From NCBI RefSeq assembly GCF_001194135.2, contig NC_068982.1, positions 124,813,233 through 124,872,280 of the forward strand: a DNA stretch of 59,048 nucleotides, given 5' to 3'. The notes under the pieces were generated by a model, which saw nothing but the letters and a program-made list of their open reading frames with translations, searched no databases and was not told where the DNA came from. This DNA comes from Octopus bimaculoides (taxonomy: Eukaryota). The stretch's first letter is position 1. Each line of letters begins with the position of its first letter. The position numbers were made by a program, and so were the translations under genes. Shown one piece after another: positions 24,381 through 36,520 of this stretch.

Positions 24381-24866
24381 GACTACCATTGGTTTCATGT
24401 TATGAAAAGTAGGAATATATTCTAGTTACTTAACAATTTTTTTAAGTCGATTAAATGAAGATGATGATATATATTTATATATATATATATGTATATGATG
24501 GACTTCTTTTCAGTTTCTGTCTACCAAATCCACTCTCAAAGCTTTGGTCAGCCTGGGGCTATAGTAGAAGATACTTCCAAGGTGCCACCCAATTGTCATC
24601 TACTGTAGCCCCAAGCTAACCAAAGCCTTGTGAATGAATTTGGATGTATGTACGTATGTACATACATACATATTAACAAAAGTCGGGATGTGTGGCATTC
24701 AGTTATTCCATAAATGAAAAATGCATTAAATACTACAAAATATACACATAGGACAAGGACAGAAGGACCCCAATTCTTCATCAGTTATTGATCAAAAATA
24801 CTAATATCGAGATACATAAATACATACATATATATGTATGTATATATATACAGACACATATAACTC

Positions 24867-25156
24867 GATCGTTGCCAGTGCCCCTGGACTGGCTCTTGTG
24901 CGGGTGGCACATAAAATACACCATTTTGAGTGTAGCCGTTGCCAGTACCGCCTGACTGGCCTTCGTGCCAGTGGCACGTAAAAGCACCCACTACACCTTC
25001 GGAGTGGTTGGCGTTAGGAAGGGCATCCAGCTGTAGAAACTCTGCCAAATCAGATTGGAGCCTGGTGCAACCATCCGGTTCACCAGTCCTCAGTCAAATC
25101 GTCCAACTCATGCTAGCATGGAAAGCGGACGTTAAACGATGATGATGATGATGATG
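24867..25156 (+). mobile_element. SINE-like family A
   Basis: Near-identical to the other A copies. Confidence 0.85.
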
Positions 25157-25427
25157 TATATGTGGATATGTTAAAGTATTCTCAATATAACTGAAAAAGC
25201 AAAACATCTATTGTGAACTAATACGAAATTTGGGATTACCAGTCTGTAGTTATAATATGCAGACTGTAACTTTAGATTTATATCAATGATTATTCAACCA
25301 CTTGGTTACGAAACTAAATGCTTTAGACCCAATCTTGGGAATCTAGACTATGCAAAACCAGAAAGTACACAGATAATTAGTGTCGTTTCTGGTTTTGTGT
25401 ATGTATACCTAACATGAGTACATGAAA

Positions 25428-25461
<34 letters not shown>

Positions 25462-25489
25462 CTGTATTCATATTTGTAGAGGTGCAGTA

Positions 25490-25765
25490 AATGCAGGCAT
25501 GGCTGTGCAGTAAGAGGTTTGCATTTCAACTGCATGGTTCTGAATTCAGTCCCACTTTGTCCTTTACTACCGCTTGACAACTGGTTTTGGTGTGTTTATG
25601 TCCCTGTAACTTAGTGGTTTGGCAAAACGAAACCGATAGAATAAGTACCAGGCTTAACAAAAAATAAATGCAGGAGTTAATTCATTTGACAGAAAATTCT
25701 TCAAGGTGGTGTCCCAGCATGGTCACAATCTAATGACTGAAACAAGTAAAAAATTAAAACATAAA
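25490..25765 (+). mobile_element. SINE family B, internally deleted
   Basis: Head fused directly to the tail (cgcttgacaactgg...gactgaaacaagtaaaa). Confidence 0.7.
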
Positions 25766-26087
25766 AGATGTATGTGTGTGTGTGTGTTTTGTAGCATTGA
25801 TTAAACTGCAGGTAAACTTCAGAGTACAAGCAGATTTGAATCCCAGCTGTGGCTGGTTCACTGATCTCTCAAACGTCCTTGAAAAAGAGTTGAACGATAA
25901 GACTTCTATATACCCAGTCTTTAATCAATAATGCCTATCATAAAAGGCCAAGAAATTGATTCTGTTGTAAATGTTTATTTCATTATAACTGCACACAGGC
26001 ACATATGGAGACACAGTCTCATACTCACTTCCTACCAACTACCAACCAGCCTACCTATCTCTGTCAGTCTATCTATCTATCTATCTA

Positions 26088-26290
26088 TCTTATTTCTTTA
26101 CTGCCCACAAGGGGCTAAACATAGAGGGGACTTACATCGACCTCAGTGCGTAACTGATACTTAATTTATCGACCCCGAAAGGATGAAAGGCAAAGTCGAC
26201 CTTGGCGGAATTTGAACTCAGAACGTACGGGCAGACGAAATACCGCTAAACATTTCGCCCGGCGTGCTAACGTTTCTACCAGCTCACCGC

Positions 26291-26292
<2 letters not shown>
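26088..26292 (-). mobile_element. SINE family C, type-2 tail
   Basis: atttctttactgcccacaaggggctaaac...gtcgaccttggcggaatttgaactcagaacg. Confidence 0.85.
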
Positions 26293-26324
<32 letters not shown>

Positions 26325-26985
26325 NNNNNNNNNNNNNNNNNNNNNNNNNNNNNNNNNNNNNNNNNNNNNNNNNNNNNNNNNNNNNNNNNNNNNNNNNNNN
26401 NNNNNNNNNNNNNNNNNNNNNNNNNNNNNNNNNNNNNNNNNNNNNNNNNNNNNNNNNNNNNNNNNNNNNNNNNNNNNNNNNNNNNNNNNNNNNNNNNNNN
26501 NNNNNNNNNNNNNNNNNNNNNNNNNNNNNNNNNNNNNNNNNNNNNNNNNNNNNNNNNNNNNNNNNNNNNNNNNNNNNNNNNNNNNNNNNNNNNAAGTCTG
26601 TGGGCTGTGGGCCTCTGGTTGGCCAGCTCTGGTTTAGTCAAACAAGTCGACACCAGTACTTATTTTATTTTCAAAGCTTAGTACTTATTCTAGTGGTTAT
26701 TCTTTTACCGAACTGCTAAGTAACGGGGACGTAAACAAACCAACACAGGTTGTCAAGCGGTAGGATGGGAGCAAACACACACATTTTTTTTATTAATGTT
26801 TAGCAGAAGAAACAGAGTGTCTCAAGGGCCGAGTCACTGTTGCTTCTGCTAAATATCAATGAATATACTGATGTCTTGAGTTCTACTTTTCCTGCTTGCA
26901 TCACATTATATATATATATATATATATATGCAGAGAGGAGGAGAGAAAGAGAGACTTAGAGACAGACTGATAGATGCAGACAGAA

Positions 26986-27016
<31 letters not shown>

Positions 27017-27476
27017 AGACAAATTTAGTATATATTCATTATCACACTTTATACACACACATATATAGAGAGATAACGTATACACACTTTCTCTCTCTTT
27101 CTCTCTCTCATACACACACACACACAAATACGTATACTGATAGCTAGCTAGCTAGATATAAACTTATCTAGAGATATGAATACACACACATCGTCAAATA
27201 TAAATACACATATTCTTGTGTAAAGACCAGGTTTGGCGTAGTTACATTTCATTTCAGTGCAAAAATCTAGGTTAATGAGTTGAAAATAGATTTTTGTTGT
27301 GCGTTGAATTTTTTTGTTCGCTTTACAATTTTTTTCTTTTTTAGCTTTGATAAAAATCAATAAATTCTAAGATAAATTTCGCACATGGAATAATCGGTCG
27401 ATATGAAAGTTATTATAAAAGCTTAGAATAACAATCAACAAACAGGTGACATACCGCGAAAAGAAAAGTTGAAATC

Positions 27477-27611
27477 CTATTTCCTCAAACATGTGTAGTG
27501 GTTGAAGAAAATACGAAAAAGACTGGCCTCCTCTGGACTGCAAGCAGAATTGGAAAGAAAGACTGCGACCAAACAGCAAAGTGAAATAATTTGTTGAAAT
27601 TTGCAGCACAT
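27477..27611 (-). CDS. Candidate first coding exon or short ORF with a signal-peptide-like N-terminus: MCCKFQQIISLCCLVAVFLSNSACSPEEASLFRIFFNHYTCLRK*
   Basis: Translated by hand. A at -3, hydrophobic core IISLCCLVAVFL, repeat-free context at the CpG boundary, donor CG|gtatgt at 27455. No recognised homolog. Confidence 0.25.
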   Translation of the reverse strand: MCCKFQQIISLCCLVAVFLSNSACSPEEASLFRIFFNHYTCLRK

Positions 27612-30600
27612 TTTCTTCGTTGCTTTTGTTTTCCTTTTGTATTTGTTTTTATTGTTTTCTCTCTACGGAATGACATTTAGTTAACTTGGGTACGAAAAAA
27701 ATAAATAAAATAATACAATATGAACAGTATTGTGTTGAACTGCTTCATTTAACACCCACTCATTCGCGCTTCTAATCTTGTGAACTGACATAGTATATAA
27801 AAAGTTAGTTAAGAATTCACAAGGACTGGTGGGCAGAAGCGATTAAAATTGTAGATTTTTTTTCCCACACCAGCTTTGCTAGATACATTTGACAGCTTAT
27901 ACATATATGGGAATACGACAGGAGGTTGGCGAGTTCGTAAACGAAACAGAAACGGACTGACCAAAAATCTGTTTACAATGAAAGTGGTTTTGTTAATTGT
28001 TCTGTGTTCATGTGAAGATTTAGAAGTTGATCTAATTACCTCATGCTTATATGTCTTTCCCTACGTGTAAATTACGTAAGTTAATAAAGAAGGTTGTTAA
28101 AGTTAAATTAGACAACAATGTAACCAAAAGAATGCCAAGAAGCTACCATTCTCATTGTGAAAAGCCACTGATCACTCTGCATTTGTATTAACACAAACCA
28201 ACGAACACTCAAGTGCACGTCCACTTAATGCACACTCCCGACTTTATAATTAATGCGATGCCTAACAAACAAACGAGGAAGCCTGTACCTGGACGTTCGG
28301 CTTGCTAGGAATAGTAGCCAAATATCTCTCAAATTAGATAATACTGTTTTAAATAAAGGAGGCCGGATAGGGTAATGGTTTCAGAGTTACGCAAAAGCTA
28401 GCAATTTTGATGAGAGTGGTTTAGTCGATTGGATCAACTCCAGTTGTACACTGGTATTTTATTTTATCGATCTCAGCGGAATGGAAAGCAAAGTTAACTG
28501 CGGCGGATTTGAACTCAAAATGGAAATTAAAGGGCAATCCTTCGGTATTTATTGACGACATTATTTAGCCAACAACGTTTCCTCATGATATAGGTAAAGA
28601 GGTTAGGCTGAAAAAAAAAAATGGGTGAATGATGTCTCTTCATACCGGCACTCTGCATACCAATACCGAAGGATCGCCAACTAAAGATACTGTAATAACG
28701 AGAGAGCCTGTAAACTGGTCGCTCAACTTCCTAGAAATAATAACAAAATTTCCTTTAAATTCCATCTTATTGTGTATATAAACGGAAGGTTACATGTTGT
28801 GTAGATATATATTGTTTGAAATGGAAAGACAGGAGAGTCATAAGTAGAACGCTTCTCATCAGAGATTTACTCGATCGAGGCTGACCTTGAAACTTATCAA
28901 GGAAAATGTGCTCGAAGGAAGCCTGCTAGAAATAGCAACAAAACTCTCACAAATTATACCTTTAGTGCTTTAAAAAGAAAGGGCACTATATCCGAAGAAT
29001 AAATTAAGACAGGGTGATCGCAGCTGGTCTTTAATCATATATATGTTGGTTCACATTTGAACTGTTGCTAAACAACACTGCTAATAAAGGAAGGGTACCT
29101 TGTCAGAAAAATAAAGAGGGGGTAGTAACAGATGAAATGTCTCCCACCATAGGTCAGCTGGTTCAAAGCTGAGCCTGGGAGCTTAACAACACCAACGTTA
29201 AAAAAAATCTTGGGAAAAAGCACAAAGGTCACACATTCCTGAGACTTCGTGCTTAGCAAGAAATATTTCAAAGATTCAGTTCATATCATACATAGTTACA
29301 TAAAACTAATATCTTTTATATCAAATATTTCCCAACTTTGTTCCAAGGTTATGTAGCAGATTATTACAATAATTTTATGAAACAAAAATTCCCAGTAGCG
29401 AGTAAATGAACAGGTTTTTCATAATTTCTTTTTCACTACAAATGAATGCGTTACACCGGATATCACTTCATTCACCCATTATTGAGAACAAAATATTTCT
29501 ACACCCATAGCTTTTACTGTAACTTTATACTGACAATATTTCTGTTTACCAAAGTAAAACTTCAACATAACAATGGACTTCATTATATTACTATATATAT
29601 TATTAACTGGGTGAATCTCGGTCAGAATTTCCGGTCATGAGTGTAAAGGTGTTCGATGAACTAAACTACCAGGTTCACTGAATTAGCGTGAAAGTGGCTG
29701 AGTACTCCGCAGATATATGTACTCATAATACAATTTAAAGGTGGAATCAAGGTGAAACAGTCTGAACGTTTGACTTCCAGGTATAATCCATCCGGTGGGC
29801 TTCTACACTGTTTCCGTCTACCCAATTCTACTCTCTCACAAAGTATGTGTCAACTCGAGGTTATAGAAAATGACACTTGCCTACGATGCTACGCAACGAA
29901 ATCGAAACTGAATCTTCATGATTGCGAAACGAACTTCTTAATCATTTGGTCATATTATCTTCTATACATCATTGTGTTATTTATACAATTGTGTTACATA
30001 ATGTGTGTGTGTGTATATATACTGAACTAACATTTAGCCTTTTTGTGATGGTAATGGGGTGATAGTAATAGTATGAGCTGTAGTTGTTTGTGATAGAGGC
30101 GGAGGCGGCGGCGATGATGGTGGTGGTGGTGGTGGTAGCCGAAGCGGTCAGGAATGACGGTGAGAGTAAGAAATGCGAAAGACAGTGGTGAAGGTGGTGG
30201 AGGGGAAGGCGGCGAAATCAAAGACATTGATGGTAGTGGCGTCAGAAGTCTGAATGGTGTGCATATGGCTGATGTGGTGGCGATGGTGGTGGAACTGTTG
30301 TTTATCATGCAGCTTTGCAATAAGTTCCAAGTGGACAAATCATATTGTTTTAATGAAAATTGTTCATTGCTTGAAAAATATTGTCCAAGTTTANNNNNNN
30401 NNNNNNNNNNNNNNNNNNNNNNNNNNNNNNNNNNNNNNNNNNNNNNNNNNNNNNNNNNNNNNNNNNNNNNNNNNNNNNNNNNNNNNNNNNNNNNNNNNNN
30501 NNNNNNNNNNNNNNNNNNNNNNNNNNNNNNNNNNNNNNNNNNNNNNNNNNNNNNNNNNNNNNNNNNNNNNNNNNNNNNNNNNNNNNNNNNNNNNNNNNNN

Positions 30601-31085
30601 NNNNNNNNNNNNNNNNNNNNNNNNNNNNNNNNNNNNNNNNNNNNNNNNNNNNNNNNNNNNNNNNNNNNNNNNNNNNNNNNNNNNNNNNNNNNNNNNNNNN
30701 NNNNNNNNNNNNNNNNNNNNNNNNNNNNNNNNNNNNNNNNNNNNNNNNNNNNNNNNNNNNNNNNNNNNNNNNNNNNNNNNNNNNNNNNNNNNNNNNNNNN
30801 NNNNNNNNNNNNNNNNNNNNNNNNNNNNNNNNNNNNNNNNNNNNNNNNNNNNNNNNNNNNNNNNNNNNNNNNNNNNNNNNNNNNNNNNNNNNNNNNNNNN
30901 NNNNNNNNNNNNNNNNNNNNNNNNNNNNNNNNNNNNNNNNNNNNNNNNNNNNNNNNNNNNNNNNNNNNNNNNNNNNNNNNNNNNNNNNNNNNNNNNNNNN
31001 NNNNNNNNNNNNNNNNNNNNNNNNNNNNNNNNNNNNNNNNNNNNNNNNNNNNNNNNNNNNNNNNNNNNNNNNNNNNNNNNNNNNN

Positions 31086-31116
<31 letters not shown>

Positions 31117-31934
31117 AATATTTCGAAATTTGCTTAGGTTCTCTACATTCAAAGACGTCCATCCCAACGAAATTTCTGGCCTTGTGCCTATATTAGAAAA
31201 TATTATTTATTGCGAAATTTAAACAAGAAAATCTGATCAAAAATACGTCGGATCTTGTGTTCGAAAACGTTTAAACTAACAGTCAATCATATGCATTCCA
31301 TACATCTTGGTACAAGAGCATCCAAACTAAATGCATATACGCCCCCACCCCCCACAAGCGATGCCAAAGTATCCGTACATAAAGAAACATACGAAAATAT
31401 GTCTGATTATACCCACGCTTACTGAACCTCAGTGACTTATAGCTATCAGTAAACGTACTGAATTCTAAGATATTTGAACGTGTGTGTGTGTTTGTGTGTA
31501 TGTGTGCTAGCGCGTTCTGAATTCCAAGATATATGAATCTATCCACTGCATACATACATATAGAGAATATGCAGTATTTTAATAGACTTCGTTACTAACG
31601 CTCGATTTATGAACCGGATCAGAATCTATATCAATAATCATTCGAGGGTAACACTCGCAGACAGCTCCGTAACTGATTACATTCATTTTGTTATCTTTCT
31701 GTGAGACGTTATATAACTATAGAACATACAATTCGTCTGACTAGTTTACAGGAAAATACTTATCAATGGTGCGGCGTTTACACTAAGCGATTAAAATTAA
31801 AGAATACGAAGAAGGTTAATGTAATTGGCTTAAATATTCTTTTCTACTCTAGGCACAAGGCCCGAAATTGTTTTTTTTTGGGGGGGGGCAGTCGATTAGA
31901 TCGACTCCAGTACACAACTAGTACTTAATTTATC

Positions 31935-32190
31935 AACTTTTGCCGAACCGCTAGGTTACGGGGACGTAAGCACACCAACATCGATTGTCAAGCGATCGTG
32001 GGGAATGGGGGGTGGGGTGGACAAACACAGACACACAAGCACATTTATATACGACGGGCTTCTTTCAGTTTCCGTCCACCAAATCCACTCAAGGCTTTGG
32101 TCGGCCCGAGGCTATAGTAGAAGACACTTGCCCGGAACCATGTGGTTAGGAAGCAAGCTACTTACCACACAGCCACTCCTGCGCCATGTA
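31935..32190 (-). mobile_element. SINE family B (a second partial copy follows to about 32460)
   Basis: ttttgccgaaccgctaggttacggggacgt...ccggaaccatgtggttaggaagcaagctacttaccacacagcc. Confidence 0.8.
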
Positions 32191-32697
32191 TGTTTTTTTT
32201 TCTTGTTTCAGTCATTGAACTGCAGCCATGCTGGGGCACCGCCTCAAAGAGGGGTTTTGTCGAACAAATATCCCCTAGTACCTATTTTTAAGAGAAGTAC
32301 ATATTCTATCATTTTCTCTTACCAAACGGCTAAGTTGCACGGACATAAATAAACCAGCATTTGTTGTCAAGCGGTGAGTAGATGTTGGACAAATCCAAAC
32401 ATACACGTATACATACAACGGGCTCCCATACAGTTTCCAACGGGCTTCCATACAGTTACTAAGTTCACTCACAAGGCATTGCATATTTCTTGATTGTTTT
32501 GTCATAAGTTCGCCTTTATCTCGATGCACAGAGACGTACCTTTGCGGTTACTGTTAATGAAACCAGATCCTTAAACGTAAGTCTTCTATTACAATTTCAT
32601 TCACATCAAAGTTACTTTATATGGGTATGAAATCGGCTTCAATACTCGAATAGGATTACAGGCAGTATGATAGAATATCTTCTATTGATCATAGATT

Positions 32698-32905
32698 AAA
32701 TGGTTTGAAATTTTGACACAAGGCCAGCTATTTTAGGGAAGGGATAAGCCAATTGCATCGACCCCAGTGCTCAACGAGTACTTATTTCATCGAGCTTGAA
32801 AGGATGAAAGGCAAAGTCGACCTCAGCGGAATTAAAACTCAGAACGTAGAGAGACGACGAAATGATGCGAAGCATTTAGTCCGACGAGCTGACGATTCTG
32901 CCAGT
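32698..32905 (-). mobile_element. SINE family C
   Basis: ggtttgaaattttgacacaaggccagc...gacgattctgccagt. Confidence 0.8.
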
Positions 32906-33284
32906 CTTATATATGTCGATAATAACGATTCAACTTCGAGCGCTCATCTTTCACCCTCTCAGTAACGCAATAGTCATCACAATTTCTTCCACCACAAATG
33001 ATCTCATTCTTATAACATCGTTGTGACCCAGGTTAGGTGGTCAACCATGACCTGTCACAGAACACACCTACGGAGGAAATGAAGTGTCTTATTTCTAGTT
33101 TCAATGTTAACGTCGTCAGAAAACTAATAACTGAAAAATCTGGATTTTACGCAGTTAGAGCGCAATCATTTCTGTTCAAAAAATAGTATCACAACTGAAA
33201 CAAGTACCAGGATAATAAAAGTGAAATAAACGTGCTACATATATATATATATGTGTGCGTGTGTGTATGTGTGTAAGACAGGCA

Positions 33285-33662
33285 ACTTTATCTCTGGCCA
33301 CAATTTGCGTTTATTTTGAAAAGGTGTGGCTGGGGAAGAGATGTCTGTCGGAGTGTACGTTCCAAAAAAGATGGAAGCATGTTGCACGAGTGTTGTGTGC
33401 AAGGAACCGTGTGAATAGACGGGAAAAAAGAGGAGGAAAAAAAAGGGTACCAGCGATAGATCGGGGCTTGTGGAGTCGGAGCGTGGCCTATCATCGCTTC
33501 ATTTGTGTCGTTCTTTTTGTTTTGTTAATATCATTCGATTTTTATATATTATCTTATTAAAATTTTTGAAGTCACTTTTATGTATAATCATATCGGACTA
33601 CTGACCCCAATCAGTTGTATTGTACATTCTGTGTTTAACCCCCGGTGGGTAATAAAGAAATT
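33285..33662 (+). mobile_element. Tx1/L1-like LINE 3' end: ORF2 C-terminal remnant and 3' UTR
   Basis: ..LSECTFQKRWKHVARVL aligns with LSSECFKKRWVNVARMA of the 8.6-kb copy. Ends gtgggtaataaagaaat. Confidence 0.6.
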
Positions 33663-33744
33663 GTGTGTGTGTGTGTGTATAACACTATGAAGACCTCGTC
33701 GGCTACTTTCAATGCACCTTTACCTAACTAGCGAAACAGAAGAG

Positions 33745-34325
33745 TTTTCAATGTGGTCGCCCGACCTGCGACAATAGGCAACCAAATCTCCCTCAAATCA
33801 CACCTTGCCGTCTTAATAAGTATAAAAAGAAAACGACACATTGGATGATATAATAGTCTTATCTAAATCTAAAAAGACGAGATGGACACAACTTGAATGT
33901 CTTTGACCATTGTCGGCACTCCGTCGCTTACGACGTCGAGGGTTGATCCGATCAACGGAAGAGCCAGCTTGTGAAATTAACGTGCAAGTGACTCAGCACT
34001 CCATAGACTCCTTAACGTAGTTCTCGGGGATATTCAGCGTGACACAGTGTGACAAGTCTGACCCTTTGAATTACAGGCACAACAGAAACAGGAAGAAAGA
34101 GTGAGAGAAAGTTGTGGTGAAAGAGTACAGCAGGGTTCGCCACCATCTCCTGCCGGAACCTCATGGAGCTTTAGGTGTTTTCGCTCAATAAACACTCACA
34201 ACGCCAGGTCTGGGAATCGAAACCGCGATCCTACTACCGCGAGTCCGCTCCCCTAACCACTGAGCCATTGCGCTTCCACGTCTTTGACCATAGGTCTACT
34301 TTATCAAGACCTGGTGCTAAACAAC
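33745..34325 (+). mobile_element. Family E repeat split by a family D SINE
   Basis: ggtcgcccgacctgc...ctccctcaaatcacacc...gtctttgaccat, then the insert, then gtctttgaccataggtct...ctaaacaacagc. Confidence 0.7.
33911..34279 (-). mobile_element. tRNA-derived SINE family D, full length, with 12-bp TSD
   Basis: 5' gtggaagcgcaatggctcagtggttagg...ggtttcgattccc (A and B boxes). TSD gtctttgaccat at 33899-33910 and 34280-34291. Confidence 0.85.
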
Positions 34326-34629
34326 AGCAGTAGCAACGGCGGTACTAGTAACAACAGCAACAATTTGTCTTTAACTATTGGATGAGACATCGAGATATGC
34401 TAACCAAAATGCAGTCTATCGATTGCTTCACCGTGGTAATAAATACATTGTTTGTTCATGTTTGAATTCATAAGAAACAGAACAGAAGACTCTTATTATT
34501 CGTTCACCCACTGTAGCGCAGTGCCAAACACTGTTTATGTATCAACATAGAATCAGTTCTATTAATAAGACTGTTCCAGTTTGCATTGTAGTATCGTTCA
34601 ATTATTGAAGCCGGCCATGAAATGCTTTA

Positions 34630-34665
<36 letters not shown>

Positions 34666-34789
34666 ATTTGATAGAGATTCAATATATTGTTATGTTAACT
34701 TGAGTAGTATTTGGTTTATTGTGACCTGTGTAGTGTTACTAAGCTATATAACATACTAATTTATTTAATTATAATTTCCACTGTTTTAT

Positions 34790-34925
34790 TATTATTAATG
34801 TCACCGAGGCCGATTTGGGTTTTCATCCTTTAGGGTCGGTAAAATATGGATCAATCAAGTACAGCAGTCGATGTAATCGACTTCCCCCTCCCATCAAAAT
34901 TGCTGGCCTTGTCTCAAAATTAGAA
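34790..34925 (+). mobile_element. SINE family C fragment
   Basis: ttttcatcctttagggtcg...ttgctggccttgt. Confidence 0.65.
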
Positions 34926-35171
34926 GGAAATTATTAGTACTATATCAAATTCAAAATTTCCAACTTATGTTAACTAGTAAGCGTAGCTGTGTGGTTAAGC
35001 AATTCCCTTAGTATCAGTTTCCGTGTTCGATACCTGGGCATGTATCTTTTTACCAAAGCCTCGGGTCGACTGAAGTTTTGTGAATGGCATTTTTTAACTG
35101 GAAACTGTGTAGAAGTAGTTCTTGAAACTATTCCTACTTTCGCTGCTAAGCTTAATTCGTCGTCTGGTTTA

Positions 35172-35395
35172 TAATATTGGTTTCAAATTTTGGCAAAAGG
35201 CCAGCAATTCTGGGGAAGCGAGCAAGTTGATTATATCGACCCCAGTGCTCAACTGGTGCCTTCTTTTTTTTTTTAACGACCTCGAAAGGATGAAAGGCAA
35301 AGTCAACCTCGGCAGAACTTGAACTCAGATCGTAAAGACGAACGAGAAGCCGCTAAGCATTTTGTCCGGCGTGCAAACGGTTCTGGCAGTTTGCC
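35172..35395 (-). mobile_element. SINE family C
   Basis: gaaaggatgaaaggcaaagtcaacctcggcagaacttgaactcag. Confidence 0.8.
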
Positions 35396-36319
35396 CGTTT
35401 TATAATATTACCACCTGGCTCTTTGGTGCATTTAAGCCTTCCATCTAAAGATAGGTTCCCTCCCCACAAGTCATGAAAGTCTTGAAAAAGTTTATGGGAT
35501 CTCCCGTTCCTCCTCTAAGTCATTAAATGCAATAATCAAAACAGCATTTGGGATTCATCTTTTCTAGTTAATACCCATAAAGCGTGAAAGGTATCAGTCA
35601 TCCTTCATCGTCCGCTAATAATGAATCATGTCTGAACCCGGAAAGGGAGACCCTTTTTCTTTGAGCATTCTTCTTTTATATTTGAAGAATAATTTACTTC
35701 TAAAGAAAATTGCAATCATATGCTTGAAATTCACATTCATTCAAGGAGCATTATTTTGAGTGACATCCTCCGTTTTGTTTGTTTCCTTTCATCGTTTCCT
35801 TTACTTCTTTTTTGTGTTATAGATGAAAAGAAACACCCACTTTTATATTGAGAGAGGACACAACGAAAGATTCACCTTTAACTGTACTGAAAGTAGCAGT
35901 GTTGGTCTCGGTTACTTTTGTGCAAACAGATGAAAAGAAAGGAGTGGATGAAGAAAGAAAAAGAAATTGGACTGTATATTCTGTAAGATACGATCCAGTT
36001 TTTTTAAACTTAAGATCTTGTAGATTATATAAGTATTTTGTCGGCTGTTGTAGGAAAACGTTAGATGAATATAATTTTTTTTTTTTAATCACAAAATAAG
36101 AAAATAGTCATCTGTGTATCTTGATGTATATACACTGCTGATAAGCCAGTTACTAAAGTGTTTGTGAGAAAATAAAGATTAGAAAACTAGCATTTAGAAA
36201 CGATAAAAAAGGTTCGCTTAATAATCCCTTTTGTAATGAAGTTTAGACATTTCTGTCAAGAACTAGTGGAACAGACAGTGTTATTACTTTCTTGTTAATA
36301 TACAAAACACAATTAAGGC

Positions 36320-36520
36320 GGCGAGTAGGCAGGATCGTTAGTACGTCGGACAAAATTGCCAAGCTGCATTTCCTCCATCTTTACATTCTGAGTTCAAATT
36401 CTGCCGTGGTCGACTTTGCCTTTCAGGGTCGATTAAAATAAGTACCAGTCAAGCACTAGGGTTGATGTAAGCGACCAGCCCCCTTCCTTAAAAAAATTCA
36501 GGATTTTTGCCTAGTGTTGA
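36320..36520 (+). mobile_element. SINE family C
   Basis: ttctgagttcaaattctgccgtggtcgactttgcc. Confidence 0.75.

Noticed and set aside
27492-27539. SPEEASLFRIFFNHY resembles the Cys-loop receptor N-terminal helix (ExxLxxxLxxxY)
   Set aside because: The following R-P motif is missing, a stop follows, and I found no downstream Cys-loop exons. Treated as coincidence.
34200-34279. tRNA-like sequence
   Set aside because: It has A and B boxes but no closing acceptor stem, and it continues into a SINE body with a TSD. It is a SINE head, as are the family B and C heads.
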